DNA from: the human T2T-CHM13v2.0 reference genome, Homo sapiens | DNA: 64,000 bases | Strand: one strand, 5' to 3' | Assembly (NCBI RefSeq): GCF_009914755.1 | Contig: NC_060936.1 | Translations under genes and position numbers: made by a program | Notes under the pieces: generated by a model | The model's input: only the letters and a program-made list of their open reading frames with translations | Told to the model about the DNA's origin: nothing | The model's database searches: none | Shown here: in pieces, positions 19,710-35,484 of the stretch | Numbering within the stretch: the stretch's first letter is position 1 | Layout: every line of letters begins with the position of its first letter

Positions 19710-20166
19710 TGTGAATGCAGAAAATCTGAGACAGGTCTCAGTTAATTTAGAAAGTTTATTTTGCCAAGGTTGAGAACACACCCGAGACACAGCCTCAGGA
19801 AGTCCTGACGACATGTGCCCAAGGTGGCCAGGGCACAGCTTGGTTTTATACATTCCAGGGAGACATGAGACATCAGTCAATACATGTAAGAAGTACACTG
19901 GTTCACTCTGGAAAGGTGGGACAACTCAAAGCAAAGGCAGAAATACTGGAAGTCGGGAGGCAGCTTCCAGGTCACAGATTGGTGATACACAACCAGTTAC
20001 TTTCTTTTGAGTTTCTGATTAGCCTTTCCAAGAGAGGCAATCACACATGCATCTATCTCAGCAGAGGGGTGACTTTGAATTGAATGGGAGGGAGGTTTGC
20101 CCTAAGCAGTTTCCAGCTTGAGTTTTCCTTAGTCATTTTGGGGGCCCAAGACATTTTCCTTTCACA
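19710..20166 (-). mobile_element. MER4A-type ERV1 solo LTR
   Basis: TG...CA termini; gagacaggtctcagttaatttagaaagtttattttgccaagg and acatgtgcccaaggtgg are characteristic of MER4A. Confidence 0.85.
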
Positions 20167-20191
20167 ACCTCTAATTTCTTACCCATTTCTA

Positions 20192-20632
<441 letters not shown>

Positions 20633-20957
20633 TCATTTCTTTTTATTTATAAGTAGTATTCCATGGTACTGATATACCACAGTTTGACCATTCATCTGTT
20701 GAAGAATATCTGAGTCATTTTTAGTTACGGGCTATTATATATAAAGCTGATTTAAACATTTGTGTACAGGTTTTGTGTGTGAGCATAAGCTCCCATTTTT
20801 CTGGGACAAATTCCCTGGAGTACAATTACTGAGCCATATGGTAATTACATGTTTAGTTTTAAAGGAACTGCAAACTGTTTTCCAGAATCTCTGTAGCATC
20901 AGCAATGTAACAATGATCCAGTTTCTCTACATCCTTGCCAGCACTGGGTGATGTCAC

Positions 20958-22721
20958 TGAAACTGCCTTTGCAAAATTATAACTGAGGAAATTATGACAG
21001 TGAAAGAAATCAGACCTAACTGACTCTATCTTACTTATAAACCTTCAGCTGTCCTTGCTCATTGCTGGGTGCAGGCCAAACTAACTTTGGGAAAGAACTC
21101 AGTTCATGTTTTGACTCTAAAACAAAATTGATAACAGCCGTTTCCGAAAAGACCCCCTTCTTGCCTGATGTCCAGTCTTTGCAGGACTAACAAATTAGCT
21201 ACAAGATTAGAAATGACAATTTAGGGGTCATGCAGCCTCTGGCTCCAAGAGTCTAAACCTCCCCAAATTGCTTCTGGGAATAACATCACTATTGTAAAGC
21301 TTAAGATCAGTGCTTGAGATATTTTGCAGACCCTGCACTTGACGGATCAGCTGACACCATCCAGACTGGTAATCTGGCCCAACCCGTTCTGCCATCCTAC
21401 CCAGGAACAGAAGACGTTAAGAAAAACTCACTTCAACCCCCTTTGATTCCATTTCCAACCTGACCAATCAGCACTCCCCACTTTCCAAGCCCCTACCCGC
21501 CAAATTATCTTTTAAAACTCTGATCTCCGAGATCTAATTAAACTAAAGAGCTTCTGCACAGCAAAAGAAACTACCATCAGAGTGAACAGGAAACCTACAG
21601 AATGGGAGAAAATTTTTACAATCTACCCATCTGACAAAGGGCTAATATCCAGAATCTACAAAGAACTTAAACAAATTCACAAGAAAAAATCAAACAACCC
21701 CATCAAAAAGTGGCTGAAGTATATGAACAGACACTTCTCAAAAGAAGACATTTATGCAGCCAACAGACACATGAAAAAATGCTCATCATCACTGGCCATC
21801 AGAGAAGTGCAAATCAAAACCACAATGAGATACCATCTCACACCAGTTAGAATGGTGATCACTAAAAAGTCAGGAAACAACAGGTGCTGGAGAGGATGTG
21901 GAGAAATAGGAACACTTTTACACTGTTGGTGGGACTGTAAACTAGTTCAACCATTGTGGAAGACACTGTGGCGATTCCTCAAGGATCTAGAACTAGAAAT
22001 ACCATTTGACCCAGCCATCCCATTACTGGGTATATACCCAAAGGATTATACATCATGCTGCTATAAAGACACATGCACACGTATGTTATTGTGGCACTAT
22101 TCACAATAACAAAGACTTAGAATCAACCCAAATGTCCATCAATGATAGACTGGATTAAGAAAATGTGGCACATATACACCATGGAATACTATGCAGCCAT
22201 AAAAAAGGATGAGTTCATGTCCTTTGCAGGGACATGGATAAAGCTGGAAACCATCATTCTGAGCAAACTATCGCAAGGACAGAAAACCAAACACCACATG
22301 TTCTCACTCATAGGTGGGAACTGAACAATGAGAACACGTGGACACAGGGTGGGGAACATCACACACCAGGGCCTGTCATGGGGTTAGGGGAAGGTGGAGT
22401 GTTAGCATTAGGAGATATACTTAATGTAAATGATGAGTTACTGGGTGCAGCACACCAACATGGCACATGTATACATGTGTAACAAACCTGCACGTTGTGC
22501 ACATGTACCCTAGAACTTAAAGTATAATAAAAAATAAAATAAAATAAAAATAAAACTCTGATCCCCAAATGCTCGGGGAGACTGATTTGAGTAACAATAA
22601 AACTCTGGTCTCCGGCACAGCTGGCTCTGCGTGAATTACTCTTTCTCCATTGCAATTCCCCTGTCTTGATAAATTGGCTCTGTCTAGGCAGAGGGAAAAG
22701 TGAACCCATTGGACGGTTACA
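20958..22721 (+). mobile_element. LTR8 (ERV1) solo LTR split by an L1
   Basis: Starts tgaaactgcctttgcaaaattat and ends cccattggacggttaca; 4-bp TSD tcac/tcat; poly(A) signal aataaa near 22596. Confidence 0.88.
21531..22550 (+). mobile_element. 5'-truncated L1PA5/6-like LINE-1 (about 1 kb)
   Basis: ORF2 C-terminus (ORFs 21582-22109 and 22142-22324, frameshift near 22086), 3'UTR and A tail; TSD taaaactctgatc(t/c)cc. Confidence 0.95.
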
Positions 22722-23477
22722 TCATTAATTTTTTTTTTTTTTTTTTAGCCATTGATAGATGTACTGTATGGTTTTAATTTAATTTAAATTTTAAATTCAC
22801 TATGGTTTTAATTTGCATGTTCCTAACGGCTGACGATGTAGAACATCTTTTCATGTGCTTATTTGCCTTCTGTATATCTTTTCAGTGAAATGTTTCATGT
22901 CTATTATCTATTTCCTAATTGGATTGTTTACTTTGTTTACTGTTACATTGTGAGAATTTTAAGATTTCATTTTTATTCTTTGTCTGTCCTGGTTTTATTT
23001 ATGATACGTCTGAGACAACATGGTATAGGTTGAAGAAAGTAAGTTTTATCGTGGGACAAACTATGAATCCCAGCTCTTCTCAGCTTCAGAACATTCACCC
23101 GTAAATTGGAGATGATAATGCTGTATTGTAGGGTGGCGATAAAAGGCAGTGTATATACAAACCACCTAACCTAGTATCTAATATATACAATGTAGATACT
23201 CAATACATGTAGCTACTATTTTATTATTTATTGATCAGATCAAACATTCTGTAGCTTATTTCTTTTTCCACTACCATTCTCTCAAGTCTTATGGTCCTGT
23301 CTTCCTTCCTTTTATACTGCCAACATTACAATAGTCAATACCTTCTAAAAGTACTTGCCGAGTTGCATACAGATCCTTCTACCTAAAGAACATCTCAAAT
23401 GTGCGTGTTCAGCTAATAACACTCCATTAATAATTATAAAAACATATCTAAAATACAACTCCTTAAAAACAATATTA

Positions 23478-23598
23478 GGGTACTGGGTTTACTACCTGGG
23501 TGATGTAATAATATGTACAACAAACTCCCATGACACATGTTTATCTATGTAACAACAAACCTTCACATGTACCCCCAAACCTAAAATAAAAATTAAAA
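23478..23598 (+). mobile_element. Short old L1PA 3' end
   Basis: gggtactgggtttactacctgggtgatg...cacatgtacccccaaacctaaaataaaa. Confidence 0.85.
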
Positions 23599-26379
23599 CA
23601 AATAATAAATTTTAAATTATGAGTATTGACAATACATGTGCTTATTTGGGAGTATTTCCCGAAATTTATCAGAAAACAAAGGAAGATAAAGGAAGAAGAA
23701 TCCAGATCTTGTTAAACCATGTAGCTTACATGGTTTTTCATAAGCTGTAATTTTATCTTACATAGTTTCATTTAGAGGGCATTAAATGTACACTGCGTGG
23801 CTGGGCCTGTGTTGGATAATTTACGGACATTTTAAACAAAAAGAAAGCATGACTCCTCCTTCTGGGAAGTAGGACTTCATTTTCTATTTCCAGTTGGAAA
23901 CTTTGAAAAGTTGAATTTTATTTCAATAGGACAGCATTTACTGAGATATTTAGGTAGGAAGCAAGATCTTAGCCAAGAACTGCTAGTTAATCTTCAGCAG
24001 CTTATACATAAAAAGATATTACTGGAAACACTTTCAGATTTGTTTATCCTCAAATAATGTGATCTATTTTCATTTTGGGAAAAAAAAATAAAGAATTCCA
24101 CAGAAAGAAATGCTTGCATGACTTTCTGAGTCACACTGTGTAGATTTTTTCCAGTAAGCTACATTATGCTGGATGCTGTTCAAAAGGGAAAATGTCAAAC
24201 ACACTGGGGTTCAGTCTGGCCAGTGGGTGGGTTTACTCAAGCACAGAAATCAAATATAGGCGTTCAAGCCAATACCTCAGAAACGACAGAATGAATTACC
24301 AATCAGAGCTGGAATTTTAGAAGTTATTTTTCAGCTGAATCCCACAAATACAATATAAATGAACAATCCTTGTGAGCATTACAATGGCATTTATCGTTTT
24401 TTTTCTTAGAATCCTAAAGTTGAAAAAAACTAGACATTATAAAATTTAACCTTTCTTTTATACCATATCTCTGACACATCTCTGATAGATTTTCCTACTT
24501 CTGCTTGAAAACTTCTGAAAACGGAGAGCTCACTACTTTGTAGCACAGTCCCTTCCTTTGTCAGATCAATGAAAGGCAAGGAAAAGAACCTGGAATGATA
24601 TAAGCCAAGATAATAACAGTGGTTACCTAAGGGTGGGCAAAAAGATGCATTTCTTGTTGTTGTTCTTTTGCTTGTATTTTCTAGCTTTTCTATAATGGGT
24701 TTCTGTTTTTATAATAAGTAAAAGATAAGTACTCTTCAAAACCATGAAGAATTCCAATATTAACACTGGTGTTGTCCCAACTTTTCACTCTAAAAATTAA
24801 GTCAGAGTAAGATTCAATGGCTAAAAATTAGATACAAAAATTACCAATGTTCCAAAAATCTATGACTGGGAAATATCTATTTCAACTGCATCAATATGTC
24901 AACCAAGGTTATGTTGATCAAATTGTTTCCAGCTAAATTGCTCTGGTCAAATAGTAAGATAGTTAATAATTCTTAGACTATGTACCCTCTGCTTCTATCA
25001 AAACATTCTAAGGATGCCAAACATTTTAGAAACAGTATCATTCCATGAACTCTAATCAAGTTATTATTGATCTACACCACCAAATTTACTGTGTTCTATA
25101 ATTATCTAAATGGTGGTTTTATTATTATTATTATTATGGAACTTAACATTTAACCCTTGTTAAATTGATTATATCACCTTTGTTCTTTCCTTCTTACAAG
25201 GTGCTAAGTGGATCGCTTAAGAGGTTATGGGGGAAAAATTTGTTCCCAGATGAGAAAGATCATGTTCTGCAGAATTACTCATGCATCTTCATGACTGTTC
25301 CTGCTTCCCCGCCTCCCAGGTCCTTGGCCTTCCCTCCTTGCTCCCAGCATATTATTAGCCAGCTCCTAGTACATAATATGCTTTCAAACAAATCATATGT
25401 ATTGAGCATCTACTGTGTATCTAACACTTCCACATAGGAAGCGTTATTCCTCAACAGCCCTCCTTATTTCTCAACAGCCCAGTTGATAGGTATCTACAGG
25501 TGCAGAAACAAGGGGTAATTGATTAAGTAATTTCTTGAAGTTCCACAGTTATTCATTGACGAGAGTATGATATGAACCTATATCTGAATGGTTTTATTGC
25601 TAATGCTGCCTCTGGGTATTTTTTGGCCTTGGCTTCTTGCCTTTAACCTTGCCCTGCAAAATCTCAGGTAGACTCTGTCACCTCCTCTCTGATTTCCAAC
25701 ACTAACCTAAACATCCTAGGTTTTTTCCTGTGCATTATCCATAACCATATTGGATGAGGTGCTTCCTGACTATTTAGAATTTGGGTATCCAACGTACAAG
25801 CGTTATTTTCAAGATCTATAAGAGTTTATATTTGCTCACCTAGATTTTCTTCTAAGGCATTGATAAGATTTGTGAAATACCAAAAAGAGAACCTTTCCAG
25901 AGTGCTATCATTTTACATTTTAGAATGTAAAAATGTTGAAGATGAAATAGATGAAATGGTAAACATAATTTGAGTATATATTAGACAACCTACAATTCAC
26001 CTTCTTGTCCATGAACATATTTTAACAAATTGTCAAATACCTTGGTGACATCAAAGCCTACAACATATCCCTGATCTATCGTTTTAGAAAAATTATGAAA
26101 CAGTAAATCCAATACATACTGGACTATACTGGTTCATGTACTTGAACAGTTCAAAGATAGGACTGGGTTGATGCAGATGCTAAAGTAATGTCACCCAGAC
26201 CTAGTCTCTCTTCTTGGTTCAGTGCTCCTCCATTTTGACCTCCATCTTAGGGTCTACATAATACATGATATATGCTGGCAGCTCCCAGCCTACACCCTCC
26301 CAGGCCCACTACATACAAATCACTTTCATTGTTTGAGGAGTTACAAGAGGCATACAACTAAGACAGCCTTTCACCACAA

Positions 26380-26610
26380 AAGGCAGTATAGTCTAATAGA
26401 GAAAGCATGTGCTTTGGTGGAAAATAGATCTGGATTTGAATCTAAGACTTGTCCTTGAGCAACTTATTCAAACTTGGTGTCTTAAATTATAAAATGGAGA
26501 TTCTATGTAGTTCATAGAGTTGATGTGAAATCCTAAAATTTGAATGAAATAATGTAAATTAAGTGCCTAGCATAATGCCAGGAACATTGCAGCTGCACAA
26601 CCTATCAGCA
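26380..26610 (+). mobile_element. MIR
   Basis: ggcagtatagtctaatagag...ctggatttgaatc...tataaaatggaga...aagtgcctagcataatgcc. Confidence 0.7.
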
Positions 26611-26780
26611 AAAGTAAGTATACCAATATAATAATGCTAGTAGTGATATATGTTCTGTAATATTGATGTAAATTAATACACTAGGGTTTCAGAAGGTTCA
26701 TATCTGATTGGGGTGATGGGGCTAGAAAATATTTCATGGAAGAAATGGTATTTAATGTGGGTCTTGGAAGGATGAATGAG

Positions 26781-27078
26781 GGCCAGGCCCGGTGGCTCAT
26801 GCCTGCAATACCAGCATTTTGGGAGGCCGAGGAGGGCAGATCATGAGGTCAGGAGGTCAAGGCCAGCCTGACCAACGTGGTGAAACCCCGTCTCTACTAA
26901 AGATACAAAAATTATCCAGGTGTGGTGGTGAGCACTTGTAATCCCAGCTACTCAGAAGGCTGAGGCGGGAGAATCACTTGAACCCAGGAGGTGGAGTGCG
27001 GTGAGCTGAGATCACGCCACTGCACTCCAGCCCGGGCAACAGAGTGAGACTCTGTGTCAAAAAAAAAAAAAAAAAAAA
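26781..27078 (+). mobile_element. AluSg-like with no recognisable TSD
   Basis: Full Alu; flanks gaaggatgaatgag and atagccatgaagc do not match. Confidence 0.95.
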
Positions 27079-28340
27079 TAGCCATGAAGCTTTCATGTCT
27101 AAAGAAAAGGAGATTATTTTCTTAATTTTAATATTTCTTAGATTTAAAATGTGAAAATGTTGAAGATGAAATAGATGAAATGGTAAACTAATGAATCTCG
27201 TAATAAATCTCACACAGATTTATGAAATGTTTTCTCAGTGAATAAAAAGACAAATGAACTGTGATCAAATGATTCAAGGACAGTCATGAGATGTAGAGAA
27301 CATGTTATTTTCTTTCTTAGACATACCATCATCCATAGCTCAGGCAGGATGTTCATCTCACACTTCAGCCCTTTGAGGTGTAAGCCAAGCTACAGATGCA
27401 GTGACAATAGAAATGCTATAAAATCAGGGATGCCACAGTCCAATTTGGTGCAGTAAGAACACAAAGGAACAAAGTATCAGAAAAGATGAAGCACATGTTC
27501 TCAGTATGTTTAGTTGCAAAGATAAAGTTCACAAGGAAGAAAAAAAGTTTTAAGTCTAAAAACCCTTTTTTTCTGAGTGTGTTTTGCTTTTGGGACCAAG
27601 TTGCAGGTTAATTTGGGTGGCTAAATAAATCAATAAGTTATTATTCTGATGTGGATATAGTACTTTGCCTTTAAAGAAAAGTTTCTCTCTTACATATTAT
27701 CTTGTTTTATCTAGTTAAGGAGAGGAAAGGATGGAAGACAGAGGGGAGAAAAAAAGGTCAGACATATAATCAAAGCATCCTAATAAAAATTGGTTGGTAT
27801 GGAGCTAAAGGGAAGCTATGGATTCCAATCAATTTGTACCTCAATGAAATGTGTGTGCTTTAAACACTGTGGTTTAAACCTTGTGGTTTGCAGACACACT
27901 GAATTTCACAGATGTGTAATCAAGGAAGTCACCATCACACAAAGTTCTTGTGAAGTAGCTTTCTGAAGTAATTCACTCAAATTCTCCTGATGGTGAATGT
28001 GGGGAACATCAACCCATTTGTTTGGGAGAGAGGGAGTTCCCTGACTCTTACTTCCAGGAAGGAGGCCATCTTTATGCACAATCTGTTGGCCCCACTTAAT
28101 TTCTTCAGTTTATTTCCCCTGGCTCAGAATCCTGAAAAAAGTCTAAACGTGAAAATGCTGCACCTGAGAGGGTTTATATCTCTCAGTGCGGTAGAGGCAA
28201 TGTCAAAACTATAAACTACCTGATACCTGAAATAGGCTGATAGCTTTTAAAAGTCACAATCCAAACAGAGCCCTCTGTTTACATTTCCTTATGTGAGTGA
28301 AATACCAAAGCAAACCAGATGTCTTTTGATGGGCTCTGGA

Positions 28341-28345
<5 letters not shown>

Positions 28346-28373
<28 letters not shown>
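28346..28373. repeat. (CA)n microsatellite
   Basis: About 14 perfect AC units. Confidence 0.97.
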
Positions 28374-28679
28374 TACATCCTGTCTCACACCTGAAATCTT
28401 TATCCATCCTCCCAACTCCATCCTTACCATCATGGCCATTCATGGCAACACACATGTCTGTTCTGTGCGAGTTCTAAGGGAAAGTAAATATGAAGTATAG
28501 AGGCGTAGACACGTATTTGCCACTCCTTTATTTAACAAGTAATTGGTAAGTGCTTACTATGCCCCAGTCACCATATAATCAGTAGGCACTATATGGCCAG
28601 TTGTTTTATGGGTTACCCATATTCTAGTAACTTGGAAATCCTGCAATAAAGAAAAATTATCAGAACAAAACTGGAAATA

Positions 28680-28820
28680 AGATACCACTTCTTCTATTTA
28701 CAGATAAGGAAATTAAGACTCAGAGATATCAAATAGATTGGCTGAGGGCAAGTGCCTTGTAAATTGTAGAAGTGGGCTTTGAACCAGGTGTTCCTGATTC
28801 CAAACTCCATGCTCCACACC
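28680..28820 (-). mobile_element. MIR
   Basis: tttacagataaggaaattaagactcagaga...tttgaaccagg. Confidence 0.7.
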
Positions 28821-29723
28821 ACTCGGACTCTTCAATAACTTTTTATGTGTCTATTGATGTGAACCAGTATTTACTCTGATGCTTAAAAAAGAATTCTGTT
28901 TAGAGGAATGTAAACCAAATAAACAACTCAATCCAGAAAAAGAGTAGGAAATAGGCAAGCAAAGCACAAAAGTCCCAATTACTCAACTAAGCAAGCCATC
29001 TTAATAGAACCTGTAATTCATCTCACTTTCTCTGAGAAGCAACGAGTAGGCAAACTCTGAGCTAGTGTTCATTTAGTATTTAATATTTACTTCCGAAACC
29101 CATTTCTGAATTGAAATTCTGACTGAAATGAAGACATAATTATCTTCTGCTCAGGACCATGAGACATTAATTTACACACACATTTAAAAAATCATTTTAT
29201 TGAATTAGACACCTGATCTAATAAGCAGAGATGTCCACTGTCTCTTGTGCAGTTTTCATCATCTTCTCTCTGGCCCTCCTCCCAGTATTATTATTATGCT
29301 CTTTGGCTCTTGTGTACACAACAAGGAACCAAGTGATGAGTGATTCTCTAGGCCAGAATATCATTTATTGATTTTGAATGCACACAAGTCAGAAAAGAAC
29401 AAATAAGCCAATGAAAAGTATAACCTTATTTTTTTTAACAACTGTTATGCTCATTTAAGAAACAACCAAAAGATACCAACACCACCCTAAAATTAAGAAA
29501 TAAAATTAATCTATATTAAGAGAAATACAAAACAATCCTCCATTCTACACAGAATTAATCCCAGGCTGGAGGAACATTGACACATTTCAGGAAGCCAAAA
29601 GAAAACTCTGCAAATCAGGAAAAAGCAATCTGAATGCAATGGCCAAAAAAGGGCTTTGCAGAGTTTAACACTGAAGACTGAGACAAAGTCTAATATTTCT
29701 TATCTATTATTTTAGAGGCTTAG

Positions 29724-29758
<35 letters not shown>
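29724..29758. repeat. Compound (TA)n(CA)n microsatellite
   Basis: atatatat...acacacacac seen directly. Confidence 0.95.
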
Positions 29759-30059
29759 AAGAGAAGGAAAAGCTGCATTTCTTGTCTAATGATTAAGAGC
29801 AAATAGGGTGAATCAGAATTTGTTAAAATTAGGTGCAGCTGCAAGTGACAAAAATGACAAAATAGCAATGGTAGAAGTGCATTTCTCATATAAATAGAGT
29901 CTGTGGGAAGACAAGTCATGGCTAGTAAGTAACTTTACACTAAATCACTCCCGCTCTGTCCGACACTGTGCCTGGACTTACTTGCTTTCTTGCCTTACAT
30001 CTATAAATACAGCTCTGTCTCATCTCTGCTACGCAAAGAAAGCAGCCCCAATGGGCATG

Positions 30060-31940
<1,881 letters not shown>

Positions 31941-32399
31941 ATATGCAAATTAATTTCTCTTTCTCTCTCTCACTTTCTTTCTATCAAGGTTCTTTAAGGT
32001 ATTGCTGATCCTGTCCCAATGGGATTGGACATCAGCCAGATTTCTGATTTTGCAACATCCAGTCAGAATCAAACTTTCTATATTCACATTAGCCATGTCT
32101 TGATTTATACCTTCTTTCCAACCTCTGATCAATGGTCTTATTTCCCAGCTCACTGTTCACTTTCACTTTTCTAACTTAGTATTGAGCTGGGCTGACCATC
32201 AATTTTCTGACATCTTTCATGTAGCTCTGCATCAGCTCTCTTGTTCCCCAAGGACAGCCCTAATGTGCATGGCCTTTCAGGGATTTAGTGGCGCAAAGAT
32301 GCTCTAAGTTTTAATTCTATGATGGGGGTTAATTATAGTTCCCTTTGTTTCCATTAGAGGGATTGGTATATTGCACAGAGCTACAGCTAGATTAGTTTT

Positions 32400-32645
32400 A
32401 CCTTAGCGTAGTGTAGTGGTTTAAAGCTTGGACTTAGATTCAAGTAGACATGAGTTTGAGTCCTGGTACTACCGCTTAATTGTTACATGACCTTAAGCAA
32501 GTTATTTTTTTTAACTTAGTTCCTCTTCTGAAAAATATAAACTAATACCCGCCTTAAAACTTTTACTGATCAAATGAGATGATCCATGTAAAACTCTTCA
32601 TGCCTAGCATTTAAAAAGTATTCCATCAGTGTTCTCATTATCATT
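32400..32645 (+). mobile_element. MIR
   Basis: gtgtagtggtttaaagc...gagtttgagtcctgg...tgaccttaagcaagtta. Confidence 0.7.
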
Positions 32646-35484
32646 ATCTACTTGTACGGCATCATCCCTTCACCACTTCTCACTTCAAATGTAATATTCT
32701 AATAGAAAGTACAACAACCAATCATTTTACATTAATTATATTGCAGTTCTTTGTCTTTTTTGTCCCCTGCCAAGCCAACAATTTTACCTAAGAATGTTCT
32801 TCAAGAAACACTGCTCTTAATTCTTCCATGCAATAGATTCCTTTAAGCAAGTATAGGATTCAACAGAGTCCTAAAAAGAGGTTAGGAATATGCATTGAGT
32901 CATGTCCCTGTAGAGCTGGAAAGCGGAGCAACCAGTGCTGAAAGAGAGTGCAAAAGCTGCCTTAAGAATTTGGAGCCAGAGTCTTTGAGAACTTCTCAAG
33001 CATAGGAATCAAAGAAAAAGACCATGGAAACCTTCAAAGTCACATGTGGGATACTAGGAGTATGAATCATAAAAAGTAAAAATAGTGCCTTTGGTTTGCC
33101 CTAGCTTGATGACTTTGCTTTAGCTCACTAGCTGACTCAATGAAAACCATCAGTCAATTCTGTTGTTTTGCATTTTGAGAATATGATAATTGACTGACTG
33201 TTTCACTTTGGCCATCTTGTGAGTAAGCAGTATACCCCACCTTGATTATCACAGAGTAGCTGCCTGAATTACATGGTAAAAATATGCACATTCACCTTCA
33301 ATGTCTTAGCTGGAAATGCCTCCTCTTTGTGTCCTAGAAAGACCCTGTCCCTTTCATTTTTTTTTTTTTTTTTTTTTTCTGCAGGAAATCTGGACCATCT
33401 GCTGGGGAGAAATCTGTTTCTTTGCAGGATAAAATGCTCCCTACAAATGTAAAAGCTTTTATATCCCAGGACTGTTATTCAAAGCACCTTTAAGCTCAGC
33501 TTCTTACAGCGCCGTCTGAAAAAATACAAAACAACAGCTATGTCTTTCAAGTAAAATCAATGGTTTCCTCACAAACTAGACTATGTGTCATACAACATAA
33601 AATGCAATTATATTTTGGATCAGACTGAGCAGTAACAGGACTAGGGTAACAATGTTATCAGCATTTACCTTGTTAAATTCATATCCGAGGACAGAGGCTT
33701 GCTCATTTCACATGATATCTTACCTGATTAACTGCAAGCAAATGGATATGGTTTCTGTTCTGCCTTTCTGCCCCAGAAAGGGGCCAAAATATACATAGGC
33801 TTAGAAAAAGGCAGGTGTTTCTCCACACAATTGGATCTGACTTGAACATTTTGCACAGAAAAACCGCGAAGACTCTGGGTGACATATTCTATGCTTAACT
33901 ATGTGTTTAACATTTATAGGTCATTTAGTCCTCATCTGTATTATAATTTTGCTGTGTGCCACAAATGCAAAATGAGTTTTAGTGCTTTTTGATATATGAC
34001 TACAGTTTATTACATTTCCATAAAGCTGTCCAATATTTACTAGGGTTTTATACCTATATTAAATGATTTTCTTCAACCGCCAAGGAGATGATATTGCCAT
34101 AGTAACAGTGTAATTTTCTAAACCCCATTTTCAGGTGTCTTTGGTTTCATCCAAGTGGTACATTTTCCATTTAACGTAGCAGTACATAAAGTCATTAACG
34201 TGACAGTTGAGTACCTTTATGTCTGTGCTAAGAACACTGACGGAAACATTACCTTTGGGTCATATGAAACAATTATTGGAAAAAGCTGCAGGAGATAGTA
34301 AACAGCTTAGGAAATTCAAATTTTCTCCTTATAAGCAAATGACAAAGAAAGAACACCTTGAAAGTTCACCTTGCCTACTGGACATCTCTCTGAGCCTTGG
34401 CAATGAGACAAGGAAAGTGACCCCTTCTTTCCAGTGTCTTACGGGGTACCCTAGCACTGGGTACCCTAAATCCTGATCTTGGGGTGCTCAATATCAGGAA
34501 AAGTTTGTACCAGTGTCAACACAGACCTCTGATCCCTCTACTGGTTTTTATTTCCTTCACAAGCTATAAATACAGATTTTTAAAATTTTGTTCGTATGTT
34601 TGTTTTTTATCTATTCATAGACCTCCATAGTTAATCCAGAGTGAAGTAGTGAGTTCCATGGGAGCAGGTACCATCTCTGCCTTTTATCTTACATTCTGAG
34701 CATTAAGCACAATCTCTGGCACATAATAGGTGTTGAATAAATAAATAATTTAAGTGAATGATGTAACATTCCTTCCACGTGTAGACCCGCAGCCCTGTAG
34801 ACCCCTGGTTAGCAAAAAAATAAATAAATAAATAAAATAAAATACTGTTTCCCTTCAGGGGGAATAAAGGTGCAATAAACTTAAATTATTTCATTATAGG
34901 ATTTCAGTAGGAAAGGCTTAAAAAAAAAGCTGCAACTCCAAACATAAATTGTGTTTCAACCATCCTTGGGCTAGGATCCCTGTCCCAGTCCCACCAGCCC
35001 CTCAATGATGGCATGGGCCAGGCAGAGTGGTTTATATGGTGGATGTCTCTATCTGCACTAATGTTGCAAACCAGCCTGCTCTTGACTAGCTTTTGCCTTA
35101 GGCACACCCTGCACATCATGGCAGCTTGATTCACTAAGTCATATTTCCATATTGAAAGCTTTGACTATAGCAGAAAGGATGCCTCCATCCCTCCCACCTA
35201 TTCTATGTGTGAAGGACACTAGTTTCCTCCATGGAAAGACATCATCCATAAAGGTCTCAAAAGAGACAGAACAATAAATCTAGTCTTGCATTTTCAGAAT
35301 TGTTTTCCTATCTAAAGAAAAATAACTTTAAATTAAAGTGAGTATTAAGTCAATATACCTCCAAGTTTCAAGTAAAAGGGAGAGTGTTCAGATACAAAGA
35401 AGCCTGTTACTAATACCAGGTATCTTCATGTGGAAAAATTCCTATCATTCAAAGCAGGAAGCTGTACTAGTGGATCTCACTAAG

